DNA of 64,000 nucleotides from a phage: assembly GCA_014161675.1 (NCBI GenBank), contig GCA_014161675.1_4760.1, one strand, 5' to 3'. Under the pieces are notes generated by a model that saw nothing but the letters and a program-made list of their open reading frames with translations, made no database searches and was not told where the DNA came from. Positions 44,509-55,127 of the stretch are shown one piece after another. A program made the translations under genes and the position numbers. Each line of letters begins with the position of its first letter. Position 1 is the first letter of the stretch.

Positions 44509-45138
44509 TCAAAGAATTTTAAGGAAACTGGATAGACCTGATAATGAATATACACCAGATTCCCCGCATTCGCACTTGATCGGTACTGCCAGCGTGATTT
44601 GATTTCTTGTTAGCTCGTCGATCACTTCTTCCACTTTATCCGTGGTAAGCATATCCAGCACGCGGTCAAAGTCCTGTGCGTTCAGGTCGTCTATATTGAA
44701 TTGCTGATCGCCGATCACGATATATTCGATACATGCAATTACCATCTGCATAATATCAACATCTTCTGTAAACTTAGGTTGACGAAACTTGATTTTTACT
44801 TGTCCTAAGTCTAGAATATATGGTTCAACTTCTGGTATCTGTGTGCGTGAAACATCAAGAGAGTATACTTTCTCTTTATTGCATACACCACACACCCAAG
44901 TAGCATCAATTTTCATCTTATTGAGGCTGTGACACCATAAGAGAAGAAAAATATATTCTGCTTCGCATTTCTCTAGCTCTAATGCATTGATCCCCGTACA
45001 TTCATGTATGATCTCTATAACAACCTCTGACAGCTTGCCAGTCTCTTTTGCTGCTACCAGTTTTTGAAATTCGCCGAAGGTGAAAGCACGGGCGTGTATC
45101 AACTTTTCGCCTAATTGGATCTTGAAAAAGTATTGCAT
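44509..45138 (-). CDS. 26: Baseplate hub protein gp26
   Basis: 209 aa (T4 gp26 208 aa), conserved position upstream of gene 25. Confidence 0.75.
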   Translation of the reverse strand: MQYFFKIQLGEKLIHARAFTFGEFQKLVAAKETGKLSEVVIEIIHECTGINALELEKCEAEYIFLLLWCHSLNKMKIDATWVCGVCNKEKVYSLDVSRTQIPEVEPYILDLGQVKIKFRQPKFTEDVDIMQMVIACIEYIVIGDQQFNIDDLNAQDFDRVLDMLTTDKVEEVIDELTRNQITLAVPIKCECGESGVYSLSGLSSFLKIL

Positions 45139-45180
45139 AATAAAACACCCTTTATAAACACATAGAATTATTTAGTATTT

Positions 45181-45188
45181 TATAAATA
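45181..45188 (+). promoter_or_regulatory. T4-type late promoter (TATAAATA) for gene 51
   Basis: Exact TATAAATA 21 nt upstream of gene 51 ATG in the divergent 26/51 region. Confidence 0.6.
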
Positions 45189-45208
45189 CCCGAAAGGGGG
45201 ATTATACC

Positions 45209-45979
45209 ATGAATATTATCCGAATAAAACTACCGGAAGGTGTGCAGAGATTTAAACCATTCACGGTAAAAGATTATAGAGATTTCCTTCTGGTGTCAAC
45301 TGAAATTAAGATGAATCCAGAAGAAGAACAAACGATTCTTGATGAGCTATTAGAAGAAATATATCCAGACGTAGATCCGGCATTTCGTGAATATATTTTC
45401 CTGAATGTCTTTACTAGTTCAATTGGTAAAACTAAGATACCGCTTTGTTTTACTTGCCCGACTTGCAACAAAGAAAGAAGAATGTTGCTTAACTTACAGG
45501 TTGAAGCACTAAAACCAATCGTTCTAGAGGCCGCAGGGCTTAAAATAACTTTCCGGTATGTTAAACCATCAACCGACTATGCAAAAACGTTTCTGGATGC
45601 GATAGAGCGTGTATCTGATGGTATTAATGACTATCTATGGACTGAATTGCCGGAAGAAGTTAGAGAACAGGTTATCGATTCAATCTCATTTTCTGAATTT
45701 GAAGAAGTTGTTAAGCAGATGCACACAATCAAGATCGAACAAAAGATATCTTGTTGTGAGAGTCATGACCTGAAATACATAGGTCTTCTTCCATTATTCA
45801 AATTGTTGTTGAATCCAGATGAGTTATTCATCTTTTATCGAATAAACCATCTATTGGCAAAATCAAATTATTCTATCAGTGATCTTATGGACATGTTACC
45901 CGTCGAGAGAAACATTGCACTGACACTGGTCGAGAAAGACGTAAAAGAGGCAAACAATGCAAAGAACGGGGTTTCCTAA
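45209..45979 (+). CDS. 51: Baseplate hub assembly catalyst gp51
   Basis: 256 aa with CxxC...C pairs, conserved position. Confidence 0.75.
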   Translation: MNIIRIKLPEGVQRFKPFTVKDYRDFLLVSTEIKMNPEEEQTILDELLEEIYPDVDPAFREYIFLNVFTSSIGKTKIPLCFTCPTCNKERRMLLNLQVEALKPIVLEAAGLKITFRYVKPSTDYAKTFLDAIERVSDGINDYLWTELPEEVREQVIDSISFSEFEEVVKQMHTIKIEQKISCCESHDLKYIGLLPLFKLLLNPDELFIFYRINHLLAKSNYSISDLMDMLPVERNIALTLVEKDVKEANNAKNGVS

Positions 45980-47066
45980 TGTCTCAATAAAACTTTATCA
46001 GGATTATGAGGCATTTCTAAATCATCGCTTTATAGAATTGGGTGCTACCTTTGTTACAATGACTCTGCGTGATTCGATTCGTGGGGTGAACGAAGGATTG
46101 TTGCAATTCTATGATAATAAGGCGATGCATACAAAATTAAACGGGAGAGAGATCATTCAGATTTCGCTATCCACTGCTAATACAGATGAAGTGTTTAACC
46201 GAATCTATGGGATCTCTCATAGTAATGTAACAATTGACCAAAAATCCGACAACATTTTAACATTCCAGTTAAAGAGCTATCACGAATCATTAAACCTTAA
46301 ATTTTCTCGCTCATTGACAAATAACGCGGTTAATAACGTAACTAGCATGATTGATGCCATCTATAAGGAAGTTCCTTTATGGAAACCTACTATAAAGGGT
46401 GATAACGTTGTTATTCCTCGTTGTCCGTGGGTTAGTACCATAAATGACTATATGGATTTTGTGAGGGCATACGGGCAAAGCGTAGAAACCGAGTCTTTCG
46501 TGTATTGCTGGGAAGATTTTGATGGTATAACGATCGCTGGACACGATACAATATTAAAAAATGAGCCAATACCAGCTATAATCTGTGAGCCTAGACTCAT
46601 GGGGCAGTTTATTGATATGTCGCCTAATCTGATGGTTTTTAATTTCGAGTGGCAGACTAAGAGCAATGCTAAAGTTAAAAATTCATTTAGCAATGTGACA
46701 TACACAACTATTGATTTTGTTACTAAGCAGTATAATAAAATTATTGTTGGTAATGGGGATAACATTGCACACTTTGCTCATGGTGGCGCTTATGGCGATT
46801 TAACTTATAAGAATGCGTTTTTGGAAGGTTCTAAACTTGCCACAATAGAACAATATGATTCATATGCTACCGCCGTGTGTCACGGTAATTTTTCGTTGCG
46901 CCCCGGTATGGTTATTCGATTCTTTGATGAGAAGCAACAAGCACGCAATGATTTTATTGTTGACGAAGTTGTGCATGAAATTAGCCGAGAGCAATCATTA
47001 ACTCACCTGTATATGATCGGTAACAGCGAAGAATTGCAGGAAGTCAAATTTGAAGGTAAGATATAA
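45957..47066 (+). CDS. 27: Baseplate hub protein gp27
   Basis: 369 aa, conserved order 51-27-28-29. Confidence 0.8.
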   Translation: MQRTGFPNVSIKLYQDYEAFLNHRFIELGATFVTMTLRDSIRGVNEGLLQFYDNKAMHTKLNGREIIQISLSTANTDEVFNRIYGISHSNVTIDQKSDNILTFQLKSYHESLNLKFSRSLTNNAVNNVTSMIDAIYKEVPLWKPTIKGDNVVIPRCPWVSTINDYMDFVRAYGQSVETESFVYCWEDFDGITIAGHDTILKNEPIPAIICEPRLMGQFIDMSPNLMVFNFEWQTKSNAKVKNSFSNVTYTTIDFVTKQYNKIIVGNGDNIAHFAHGGAYGDLTYKNAFLEGSKLATIEQYDSYATAVCHGNFSLRPGMVIRFFDEKQQARNDFIVDEVVHEISREQSLTHLYMIGNSEELQEVKFEGKI

Positions 47067-47584
47067 TGACAGAAACTAAACCTATGTTAAAATTTGTTGT
47101 TCCTGTAAAAAAATTAGAGATAAACGGGAAACATATCAAGATCCCAAAAATGGGGATTAAGCAACATCGATTATTAAAAGATGTTCGTAGCTGTGATGAA
47201 ACATTAAAGATTCTTCTTGATTCAATCTGTCCTGGGTTAAACGCTGCCGAGTCTGAATTGGTTATGCTTAACCTTTGTGCGTTTAATGGTAAGTGTCTGG
47301 AAGAAAAAGATGGTCTTAAGCTGTCTGATGTGTATATTTGTACAGAGACTGAATTTACTTTAAATGGTAAAGTCTTTAAATTTAAAAATCCAATGTATAC
47401 TTCTGACCCCATTATCGATGACGCTGATTTCTTGAGTCATCATTATCACGATCCTAGTGTAGACTTCCATGATTTCCCAGCTTTTATTATGGATTGGGCT
47501 ACAGGATTAAGAAAAACTATTGCACTGGATACACCGGAAGGTACTATCTATGGTGGAATTAACATATTGGATCGCCTATCATGA
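47066..47584 (+). CDS. 28: Baseplate hub distal protein gp28
   Basis: 172 aa (T4 gp28 177 aa). Confidence 0.75.
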   Translation: MTETKPMLKFVVPVKKLEINGKHIKIPKMGIKQHRLLKDVRSCDETLKILLDSICPGLNAAESELVMLNLCAFNGKCLEEKDGLKLSDVYICTETEFTLNGKVFKFKNPMYTSDPIIDDADFLSHHYHDPSVDFHDFPAFIMDWATGLRKTIALDTPEGTIYGGINILDRLS

Positions 47585-49314
47585 ATGACGCATTAACATC
47601 ATTTCGCGGGATGCGCAAGGAAGCGGAAGAAACCCCGATTGATAAACTTAACAAATTAGATAAACTTGATTCTATTGATAATTTGCAAGCCGCTACCGAA
47701 TTGGTGGCGGAGACAGTAGAACAAAAATCTAATGAAGTTGTTGGTGCGGTAGAGGATAACACCGCAGCCAATGAATTGACGGCAGAAAATACACAATCTA
47801 CCGCTGGCAATACCCAAAAAACTTATGAAGAATTGCAAAAACTCAATAATTTCTCTTCTCAGATGAATGAGAAATTACGTGGTTTTGGTGTTATGATGGA
47901 ACGTAGATTTGGTGTTGTCAGTAAAATGGCTAGCGGTATTGGTGCGATTGAAGAAGCACTGAAAAAACCGGAACAACCGCAAACAATGCCATCACCTCAG
48001 CCAGTTTTGCCTACTGTACCGGAACAGCCTAATAATGACAACTATCAAGGTCTTCCAAAGAAAAAACCAGATGTTGAGGAACGGAAGAAAAAGAACGCCG
48101 CAGATAAGCGCAATGCGGATTCTATGGAAAATCTTCTTAAAGTTGTTCGTGGAGGATTTAAAGAAACCATAGGTATCTCTAATAAGGTCTTAGGGATGTT
48201 ATTTAAGATCACCTTGACCGCTATGGCAGAAGCCGCAAAATGGGGCGCTATTTTGATGGGTATTGTTTTTGCCATTGATACCCTTATGATTCATTTCAGA
48301 TATTGGAGTGATTTATTCGAAACAAAATTTGATGAATTTATGGATAAGGCCGGAGAATGGGCTGGACCAATTAGCGATATCTTAACCACGATTCGTCAAG
48401 TTCGAGATTATTGGTCTAAAGGCGAATATGGAGAATTAATTAAATCTCTTGTTATGGGTATTGGTGATGCATTCTATAAAACCTTTATCCAACTTGATCG
48501 AATTATCACTACTGGTATTGCTAAAATTCTTCGCATGATCCCCGGTATGGGTGATTATGCCGATAAGTTAGAATACGGTGCTTTAAAGTCTGCTGTTGCT
48601 AAAGGCTATAAGCCAAATGAAAGAGAACTCGAATTAATGGATAAGGTCGAGTCTGAACACGAAGAAGACAAATATGGAGAGCGCACAGGATGGACAGGAA
48701 AAGCCCGTGATATTGGCGAAGCTATTGGGGATTCTATTAAGGATAAAGTTAACGAAGGTCTTGTTAGTCTGGGCTGGAGAGATCAAAAGGATGTTGACGC
48801 AGAGAAACGACAAGAAGAATTAAAACGCGGGGAATACAAGTCTGTTTCTGCTGAACAACGATCTGCTAGTCGTAAACTTAAAATTAAAAGCGAGGGAGCG
48901 ATCAATAATATTAATGAAGTTATGGAGAATTTGAGCGGTGACTATGACAAAGAAAGAATGGAAGAGTTGAAAAAGGATATTGATGTTTACCGTGAGCAAG
49001 TTCAAGATCCTACATTAGTTGAAAGTGATCGTTCTCAGTTAGAGCGTCTTATTGAAAAATTTGATGAGATGTATGCTGATAAAACTAAGGGTGTGGTTCC
49101 AACCAAACCTGTTCCTGCAACTGAAACGGAAACAGCAAAACAAGCGGAACGTACTGAACAAATGCAGAAACAAGCTGCAATCCAGCAACAAACGACAAAT
49201 CAGACCTCAAACGTAAATAATACACAAATTGTAACAAACAATAGAACTATTAAACAGGGTGCACCAACAACTAGAATTGATGCCCCCGGTACAATTAATA
49301 TGGGGAACTTTTAA
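47581..49314 (+). CDS. 29: Tail tube length determinant / tape measure gp29
   Basis: 577 aa (T4 gp29 590 aa), internal hydrophobic segment and Gln-rich C-terminus. Confidence 0.8.
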   Translation: MNDALTSFRGMRKEAEETPIDKLNKLDKLDSIDNLQAATELVAETVEQKSNEVVGAVEDNTAANELTAENTQSTAGNTQKTYEELQKLNNFSSQMNEKLRGFGVMMERRFGVVSKMASGIGAIEEALKKPEQPQTMPSPQPVLPTVPEQPNNDNYQGLPKKKPDVEERKKKNAADKRNADSMENLLKVVRGGFKETIGISNKVLGMLFKITLTAMAEAAKWGAILMGIVFAIDTLMIHFRYWSDLFETKFDEFMDKAGEWAGPISDILTTIRQVRDYWSKGEYGELIKSLVMGIGDAFYKTFIQLDRIITTGIAKILRMIPGMGDYADKLEYGALKSAVAKGYKPNERELELMDKVESEHEEDKYGERTGWTGKARDIGEAIGDSIKDKVNEGLVSLGWRDQKDVDAEKRQEELKRGEYKSVSAEQRSASRKLKIKSEGAINNINEVMENLSGDYDKERMEELKKDIDVYREQVQDPTLVESDRSQLERLIEKFDEMYADKTKGVVPTKPVPATETETAKQAERTEQMQKQAAIQQQTTNQTSNVNNTQIVTNNRTIKQGAPTTRIDAPGTINMGNF

Positions 49315-50372
49315 TGAAAATTAGTGTTATCAATGATGCCGTTGATAGCTTTAAAGCGGGGGTTAAAACCTCCGCTGGTTTTACCTCAAAAAATAAAGGG
49401 AAAACATTAACCGCTCAATTCCCCGCTGAACGTGCTAGCGGTAATGATGCTAGCGGTTATTATATCAACGACTTATATAATAATGGTCTGTTATTCACTG
49501 CATACGATTATACATCTCGTACTACTGGATCGTTGCGTGATTTCAGGAAAAAGAAAAATGTTGCTAGCGGTTTTGGCGGTAGCGTTAATATCGCTGGTTT
49601 TGATTTAAATTTGGGTGGGAGAAATGCTGCATTTGACCGAGAGGCAATTGCTAATATTCTTCTTCCTCGTAGTCAATCTGACGTTGACGCTGCCAGCCAT
49701 AAGTTTAATGATGTTGGTGAATCTGTTATTTCTCGCGGCGGTGGTACTTTAGGCGGTGCTCTTTCTAATATGGCATCTACTGCCGTTTTTGGTGGTATCG
49801 AAAGTATTACTGGTGGATACCTTGCCGATCACGGTGAACAGATTTATAATACTGCGCGAAGCATGTATGCGGGTGCTGACGCACGAACGAAAAACTACGT
49901 ATGGCATCTAACCCCACGTAGTATTGAAGACCTTCGCAATATTCTGATCATATACGAAACGTTTTTAGAATTGTCTTATGGTTCTAGTGGTATTTCCAGC
50001 ACCGCAAAAGAATTAAAAGCGGAAGTTGATGCGTGGTATAAAAATACACTATTGAGAAAATCCACTCCAGAGGAAGCGAAGAGAAATGATACTCTGTTTG
50101 AAGGGATCACCGATTTTCTATCAAACGTAATTACTGTATCTAACCCGACAATATGGATGATCTCTAACTTCGGCAAGCGTACATCGTTTGAAGGGCGTAG
50201 CGATGCATTTGGTCCCGCTCAGATCTCAAGTGTGCGTCTGGACAAGTCGCCTGATGGTAAGTTTAATGGCCTTGCTATTTCTCCTAACTTGCCGAGTACC
50301 TTTGTTCTGGAAGTAACATTTAGAGAGATCTTGACACTTTCCCGTGGTACTATATTTGGGAGTGCGGCATAA
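49314..50372 (+). CDS. 48: Baseplate-tail tube junction protein gp48
   Basis: 352 aa (T4 gp48 364 aa). Confidence 0.8.
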   Translation: MKISVINDAVDSFKAGVKTSAGFTSKNKGKTLTAQFPAERASGNDASGYYINDLYNNGLLFTAYDYTSRTTGSLRDFRKKKNVASGFGGSVNIAGFDLNLGGRNAAFDREAIANILLPRSQSDVDAASHKFNDVGESVISRGGGTLGGALSNMASTAVFGGIESITGGYLADHGEQIYNTARSMYAGADARTKNYVWHLTPRSIEDLRNILIIYETFLELSYGSSGISSTAKELKAEVDAWYKNTLLRKSTPEEAKRNDTLFEGITDFLSNVITVSNPTIWMISNFGKRTSFEGRSDAFGPAQISSVRLDKSPDGKFNGLAISPNLPSTFVLEVTFREILTLSRGTIFGSAA

Positions 50373-51304
50373 TGTTTGATTTAAATGACTTTAACGAACA
50401 AGCCGCTAACCTTGACTTTCAGCGATCTAACTTATTCAGCGTGGCATTTGCCACCACTCCAAGTAATAAGACACAAGCGATCCTAGAAAGTATGGGTGGT
50501 GCGGTATATGATATTATACCAAATGCATTAAATGACTATTTCGGGATTACTCGTGGTGATTATACTGACGCATTAACAAATCTTGCTGTACAGGGTGTTA
50601 GGCGTGCTGTTGATTCATCTGGTGTCAAAAAGTATCTTTTAGGTGCAATGTCATCCCGCGTAGTTCAATCTCTTCTGGGGCAATTTGATGTTGGTACGTA
50701 TGCTCTTGACTGGTTCAATATGGCATATAAGACAAGCGGTCTTCTGGTGTATGCTGTTAAGGTTCCAGAAAACAGATTGAATTATGAAATGGACCGTAAC
50801 CACAATGCGCCAAACATTCGAATTACCGGACGTGATTTTGATCCGCTTGTATTGAGCTTTAGAATGGACTCTAGCGCATCAAACTATAGAGCAATGCAGG
50901 ATTGGGTTAACTCAGTAGAAGACCCCGTTACAGGGCTTCGTGCGCTTCCTGTTGACGTTGAAGCAGATATTCAGGTCAACTTACATAACCGAATGGGAGT
51001 TCCTCACACGATCATGATGTTTAATGGTTGTGTTCCTGTTGGTGTGAGTGCACCGGAATTAAACTATGAAAACAACAACGAAATCACAACATTCGATGTT
51101 ACTTTCGCATATCGTTCTATGCAAACTGGTGCTGTAGGAGAGCAAGCCGCGCGAGAATGGATTGAGGATAAGGCAATAAACGCAATAACAAACACTTTCG
51201 GCAATAATTTACTTGATAGTGGGTTATCTGCTGCTGGTAATGCTTTATCGCGTCTAAATGGCGTTGGTGGGCGTGTGGTGAATACTGTCACTAACTGGTT
51301 CTGA
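50372..51304 (+). CDS. 54: Baseplate-tail tube initiator gp54
   Basis: 310 aa (T4 gp54 320 aa); gp19-like C-terminal FDVTFAYRS. Confidence 0.8.
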   Translation: MFDLNDFNEQAANLDFQRSNLFSVAFATTPSNKTQAILESMGGAVYDIIPNALNDYFGITRGDYTDALTNLAVQGVRRAVDSSGVKKYLLGAMSSRVVQSLLGQFDVGTYALDWFNMAYKTSGLLVYAVKVPENRLNYEMDRNHNAPNIRITGRDFDPLVLSFRMDSSASNYRAMQDWVNSVEDPVTGLRALPVDVEADIQVNLHNRMGVPHTIMMFNGCVPVGVSAPELNYENNNEITTFDVTFAYRSMQTGAVGEQAAREWIEDKAINAITNTFGNNLLDSGLSAAGNALSRLNGVGGRVVNTVTNWF

Positions 51305-51312
51305 TAAGCGAA

Positions 51313-51340
51313 AGGCGGGGATTATCCCCGCCTTTTTATT
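51313..51340. terminator. Bidirectional rho-independent terminator between gene 54 and minus-strand lipoprotein gene
   Basis: AGGCGGGGA-tta-TCCCCGCCT followed by TTTTTATTTT. Confidence 0.7.
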
Positions 51341-51821
51341 TTGCTAAATCATTGCAATATTTTAGTGCCTTAGTTTGAAATTCTGCGCTGTTAAGTTCTT
51401 CATAACGGTCATAATCACCGTTTAATGCTGCCTTTCTTGCTTCTTGCTCTATCTGCATGTCAGACATGATAATACAGCGATCCCGTGCTTTCATCTTCTC
51501 AAGTTGTATAGACTCTTCTTTCTGCTTGCGCAATTCTTCTTGACGCTTCTTTTCTTCTTGTGCTTTCTCTTCCCGCGCTTCTTTGATTGCATCCTTGAAC
51601 ATCTGCGTTTGTGGTTCTAAACCAACTTTAACGCGATCCACGTCTCGACGTTCCATTTTAGAAATAAAGCACGATTCGATCTGATCATCACTTGCATATG
51701 CTGCTTTACATTCACGAAGCAAGAAAACCGGATCTGATTTAGCATTCATCATAGCTTCCATGTTGGCACAACCAGTAAGCATGAATGCAGCCGCAAGACC
51801 AATCAGTTTAATCATTTTCAT
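51336..51821 (-). CDS. Predicted lipoprotein with coiled-coil region
   Basis: Signal peptide with lipobox LTGC; Glu/Lys-rich helical middle; start overlaps upstream ART gene stop (ATGA). Confidence 0.6.
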   Translation of the reverse strand: MKMIKLIGLAAAFMLTGCANMEAMMNAKSDPVFLLRECKAAYASDDQIESCFISKMERRDVDRVKVGLEPQTQMFKDAIKEAREEKAQEEKKRQEELRKQKEESIQLEKMKARDRCIIMSDMQIEQEARKAALNGDYDRYEELNSAEFQTKALKYCNDLAK

Positions 51822-52642
51822 TTAGTCACCTCACCGAAAATTGTAAATTGTCTACGATTCTCATCACCGAAAGATTCTACTACGTCGTTTACCTTGACGC
51901 AAGTCCCGCGCGGTAAAATTACTTCACATTCGCAAGGATTCCATGCAATTGACCCAACAACAAAACCTTTATGATCTTTTACGTCAATTACCCATGATAC
52001 ATTACAAGAATGTTGCATCTTTCCGGTCATTGATTCATATCGATTCTCACAATAAAGGCTAGTGCTGTTTGATAACCATCCTCCAAAGATGATCGGTGTC
52101 ATGCTGGTAGATACAAAGTTTTTAAAGGTAAACTCCTTATCTTCAATGATACGCTCTATTGTCTGAATGTCAAGATGTTGACCGCGATAAAGAGTACCGT
52201 TTAACTTTTCGGTTTTATCCATGACGCAATCCATCAAATCGACAATCTCTGATATCTCATCGGTCATGTCTTCTTCCCCTAAGAGAGCACCATTTACCCA
52301 TTCGTATTGCTCAGACACATAATCACAGATTGCATTATATTCTGCTGGGGTTATGTTGTTATGTTTGTAATGTTTGAATACATTATCTCCAAAGTCTTCG
52401 GAGTGTACTTCATACATCACATTAATGATTTTCTTGACAAATCCATAATCTTGTGTCTCACGCTCAAGGAAGCGGATAACCTTCACATAATCATCAAAGT
52501 TAATCTGATCGCTGATCATCTCAGTGATCATGTAACCATTAATACCCTCAATGTCATATGTTTCGATGTAATTATCCATACGTTCCATCATTGATTCGCG
52601 TGATTCTTCCGAAAGACGAAAATCCTGTAATTTCTTGAACAT
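51818..52642 (-). CDS. Putative mono-ADP-ribosyltransferase (Alt/Mod-like R-S-E type)
   Basis: LYRGQ (Arg), FVSTSMTP (STS) and ECEVILPRG (catalytic Glu) in the same order and spacing as the alt catalytic domain. Confidence 0.65.
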   Translation of the reverse strand: MFKKLQDFRLSEESRESMMERMDNYIETYDIEGINGYMITEMISDQINFDDYVKVIRFLERETQDYGFVKKIINVMYEVHSEDFGDNVFKHYKHNNITPAEYNAICDYVSEQYEWVNGALLGEEDMTDEISEIVDLMDCVMDKTEKLNGTLYRGQHLDIQTIERIIEDKEFTFKNFVSTSMTPIIFGGWLSNSTSLYCENRYESMTGKMQHSCNVSWVIDVKDHKGFVVGSIAWNPCECEVILPRGTCVKVNDVVESFGDENRRQFTIFGEVTK

Positions 52643-52721
52643 TTTAAACCTCCCATATAACAGAAAACGGGGGCTAGTATAAAACTAGTCCCCGTTTGAG
52701 TCAACCATTATTTCTTAAAAA

Positions 52722-54773
52722 TTACATTTTAAATTTATCTGGCATTGCGTCTACAGATACCAGATCAGCGATAAGCTGACGTAGAGTTGCCTTATCTGCT
52801 TTCTTACGTTCGGTTTTAGCTTCGCTAATGAAGCTGGAGAAAGACAGGTCAGAAGCAGGTTTAATAACACCTTCACGGATGAATGCATCACCGTCCGCGA
52901 TCATCTCGCCAGATTCTTGTAATGCTGCCAGTTCATTTTTGTTCATAATATGTGCCTCAATGTAATAAGTTTCTTGTGAATCCGTCGATGCCGTAGCACG
53001 AGTTACCGTATCAAAGGATAACACAACACCGCGAGGAAGTAAAATCTCGCATTCTTTGTAAGCAAATGCTTTGTTACCTACTGGCAATACAGGGATGTTT
53101 TCCGCGCCAGCAATGGAGAAAGCAACATTAGCGCCACCTTCACCGCGAGAGCCAGCCATAGAGTCAACACCAGCAACGGCACTAGCCACGTTTGCATTCC
53201 AGCCGCCAAAAATGTTAGGTGCAAGGGAAGTGCTCACATAGTTTTTAAAGTAAAACGCTTTTTGCTTACGTGCAGTTTCCCACATTTGCGACCGGAAGTC
53301 CATACCACGATACAGAATAGTACCCGGATCAAGTTTAACGCCATAGTTGGAGAAGGCATTATCCAGTGCATCGCACATCTTGACCAATTCTTCTGGATCT
53401 GCGATGCCTTCAAACTCTTCCAGCTTACGGTCGGTTAGGAAGTTGTTCATATTGATGTATGCTGCATCGGCATATTCGCTCAACACAAAACCTTCCGCGC
53501 CTGGCAGATCAAGATCAATATCTGCCATCATTTCACCCATGTTGCTAGCAATTGCTTCAAACATACCGGAGGCAACATTACGTAGGGCATCGGTTTTAAT
53601 CTGGGTGATATGACTACGCAGCATTTCAGCTTTTACATCTGCTGGCATAGACTGGTCTACTCGATCCATTGCCAGGGCGGTGATCTTGTTTTCGAATACT
53701 TCCTCGCTCATGATTTCTTTTAAGCGTTTGACCGAGGCTGCGATAACTTCCGCAGACAATGGATCATATTGATCCTGAACTTTTACCAGTTCGCTTACTG
53801 CGTATTTTGCATCGGCTTCGCTTTCAAAAATAGTACGCATGAAACCATAGCGAGTGATAATATCACTTGTCCAGTCATTCAGAGAACGAGCGGTTGAACG
53901 TTCTAAGGCTTGACGGTCAATCAGAGTATTAAACTGTTTCTTAGGTTCTGCTTCGGTGATATCTTCTTCCGGTTTAAGATTAATTTTTTCTGGATGATTC
54001 ACATAGTCGCTGTTATAGGTCGCTTGAGTTTTCAGCATTTCTTCTTTAGTCAAACGAGATTTAGCCGCTACGCGTTGTTCTGCTTCCGCGTTTCGTTCTT
54101 CTTCTGACACAAGACTAGCCGCATATGCCTCATCTTTAGTCAGAGATTCACCAGTAGCCTTAGATACCCAGCGATCACCTAAATCACTTTCTACTTTAGT
54201 GAACAAGGATTCATCAAGTTTAATCCCTTTAATCTTATCAATCGCCATCCCGCGACGCTTGACAACAACTAAAGCGATCTTTTTGCTGGTCATTACTTCC
54301 TGCTGGAATACTTCAAACTTCGGTGTACGACGCACCAAACGCTCTATAACGCGCTTAACCAGTTCGGTCTTACCTTTCATGCGGGATACGTTAAAACGGA
54401 ACATAACAGCGTCTAATTGCGCTTTACGGGCTGTTTCCATAACCACATCAAAAGCACTTGACATAACTGCAATCGGGTTATCGCCTAGACCATTTTTAAG
54501 CTGTACAATACGACCGCTTTTGTTCATTTCGCACAGTACAACATGTGCGGTCTTGTCACCCATACGAATGATTTTAGGTGTTTTGTTGGTGAAGTTACAA
54601 AGACGGACAATCACATCTTTATCGCGTGTCTGTACTGCAAAAAGCTGTTTAGGATTCTGCTTAGGCTTTAAGCACTGTACCGGAGCAATCCTGCCAAAGT
54701 TTTCTTCCTCTTCCGTCAACAGCCATTTCTCGAAAGATTCAATCATTAGATCGTCGATTTCTAAGTTAAACAT
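52722..54773 (-). CDS. alt: ADP-ribosyltransferase Alt (packaged RNAP-modifying enzyme)
   Basis: 683 aa (T4 Alt 682 aa); catalytic LYRGMDF, YVSTSLAP, ECEILLPRG motifs; position next to gene 54. Confidence 0.8.
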   Translation of the reverse strand: MFNLEIDDLMIESFEKWLLTEEEENFGRIAPVQCLKPKQNPKQLFAVQTRDKDVIVRLCNFTNKTPKIIRMGDKTAHVVLCEMNKSGRIVQLKNGLGDNPIAVMSSAFDVVMETARKAQLDAVMFRFNVSRMKGKTELVKRVIERLVRRTPKFEVFQQEVMTSKKIALVVVKRRGMAIDKIKGIKLDESLFTKVESDLGDRWVSKATGESLTKDEAYAASLVSEEERNAEAEQRVAAKSRLTKEEMLKTQATYNSDYVNHPEKINLKPEEDITEAEPKKQFNTLIDRQALERSTARSLNDWTSDIITRYGFMRTIFESEADAKYAVSELVKVQDQYDPLSAEVIAASVKRLKEIMSEEVFENKITALAMDRVDQSMPADVKAEMLRSHITQIKTDALRNVASGMFEAIASNMGEMMADIDLDLPGAEGFVLSEYADAAYINMNNFLTDRKLEEFEGIADPEELVKMCDALDNAFSNYGVKLDPGTILYRGMDFRSQMWETARKQKAFYFKNYVSTSLAPNIFGGWNANVASAVAGVDSMAGSRGEGGANVAFSIAGAENIPVLPVGNKAFAYKECEILLPRGVVLSFDTVTRATASTDSQETYYIEAHIMNKNELAALQESGEMIADGDAFIREGVIKPASDLSFSSFISEAKTERKKADKATLRQLIADLVSVDAMPDKFKM

Positions 54774-54812
54774 TTTATATCCTCTAGTTGATAACCTATA
54801 AACCTATATTTA

Positions 54813-54838
54813 TGAAAAAGGGGCTTAACGCCCCCCCC
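54813..54838 (-). terminator. Rho-independent terminator (minus strand) after ORF 54844..55056
   Basis: Minus-strand GGGGCG-uuaag-CCCC followed by UUUUUC; same module as 20918 (+) and 58840 (-). Confidence 0.6.
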
Positions 54839-54843
54839 ATTTA

Positions 54844-55056
54844 TTATAATGCACCATCGAGCAATTGCTCTAAGGTGTATCCTGAATAGTCTTTTTCAAT
54901 CAGGGTATATTTTCCTACTCGTTTAATCCAGCCACGCATTTCAACGTATTCTGCGTAGTTGATGGTGCGCGTTGTTCCATCTTCCAGTAATGCAGTACCG
55001 ATTTCGTTAATGCGGTCATAAGTTACGTCGGTAATGATGATTTCGATGTTAGCCAT
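54844..55056 (-). CDS. Hypothetical small protein
   Basis: 70 aa ORF with promoter cassette upstream. Confidence 0.5.
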   Translation of the reverse strand: MANIEIIITDVTYDRINEIGTALLEDGTTRTINYAEYVEMRGWIKRVGKYTLIEKDYSGYTLEQLLDGAL

Positions 55057-55092
55057 TTGATACTCCTTAGTAGTTCGTTTCGGTATGGGTGT

Positions 55093-55121
55093 ATTATGAT
55101 ATACACCATCTGTTATGTCAA
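55093..55121 (-). promoter_or_regulatory. Sigma70-type promoter cassette (minus strand)
   Basis: Minus-strand TTGACA-17-CATAAT, followed by ...CCGAAACGAACT..AGGAGTATCAAATG. Confidence 0.6.
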
Positions 55122-55127
55122 CAACTT

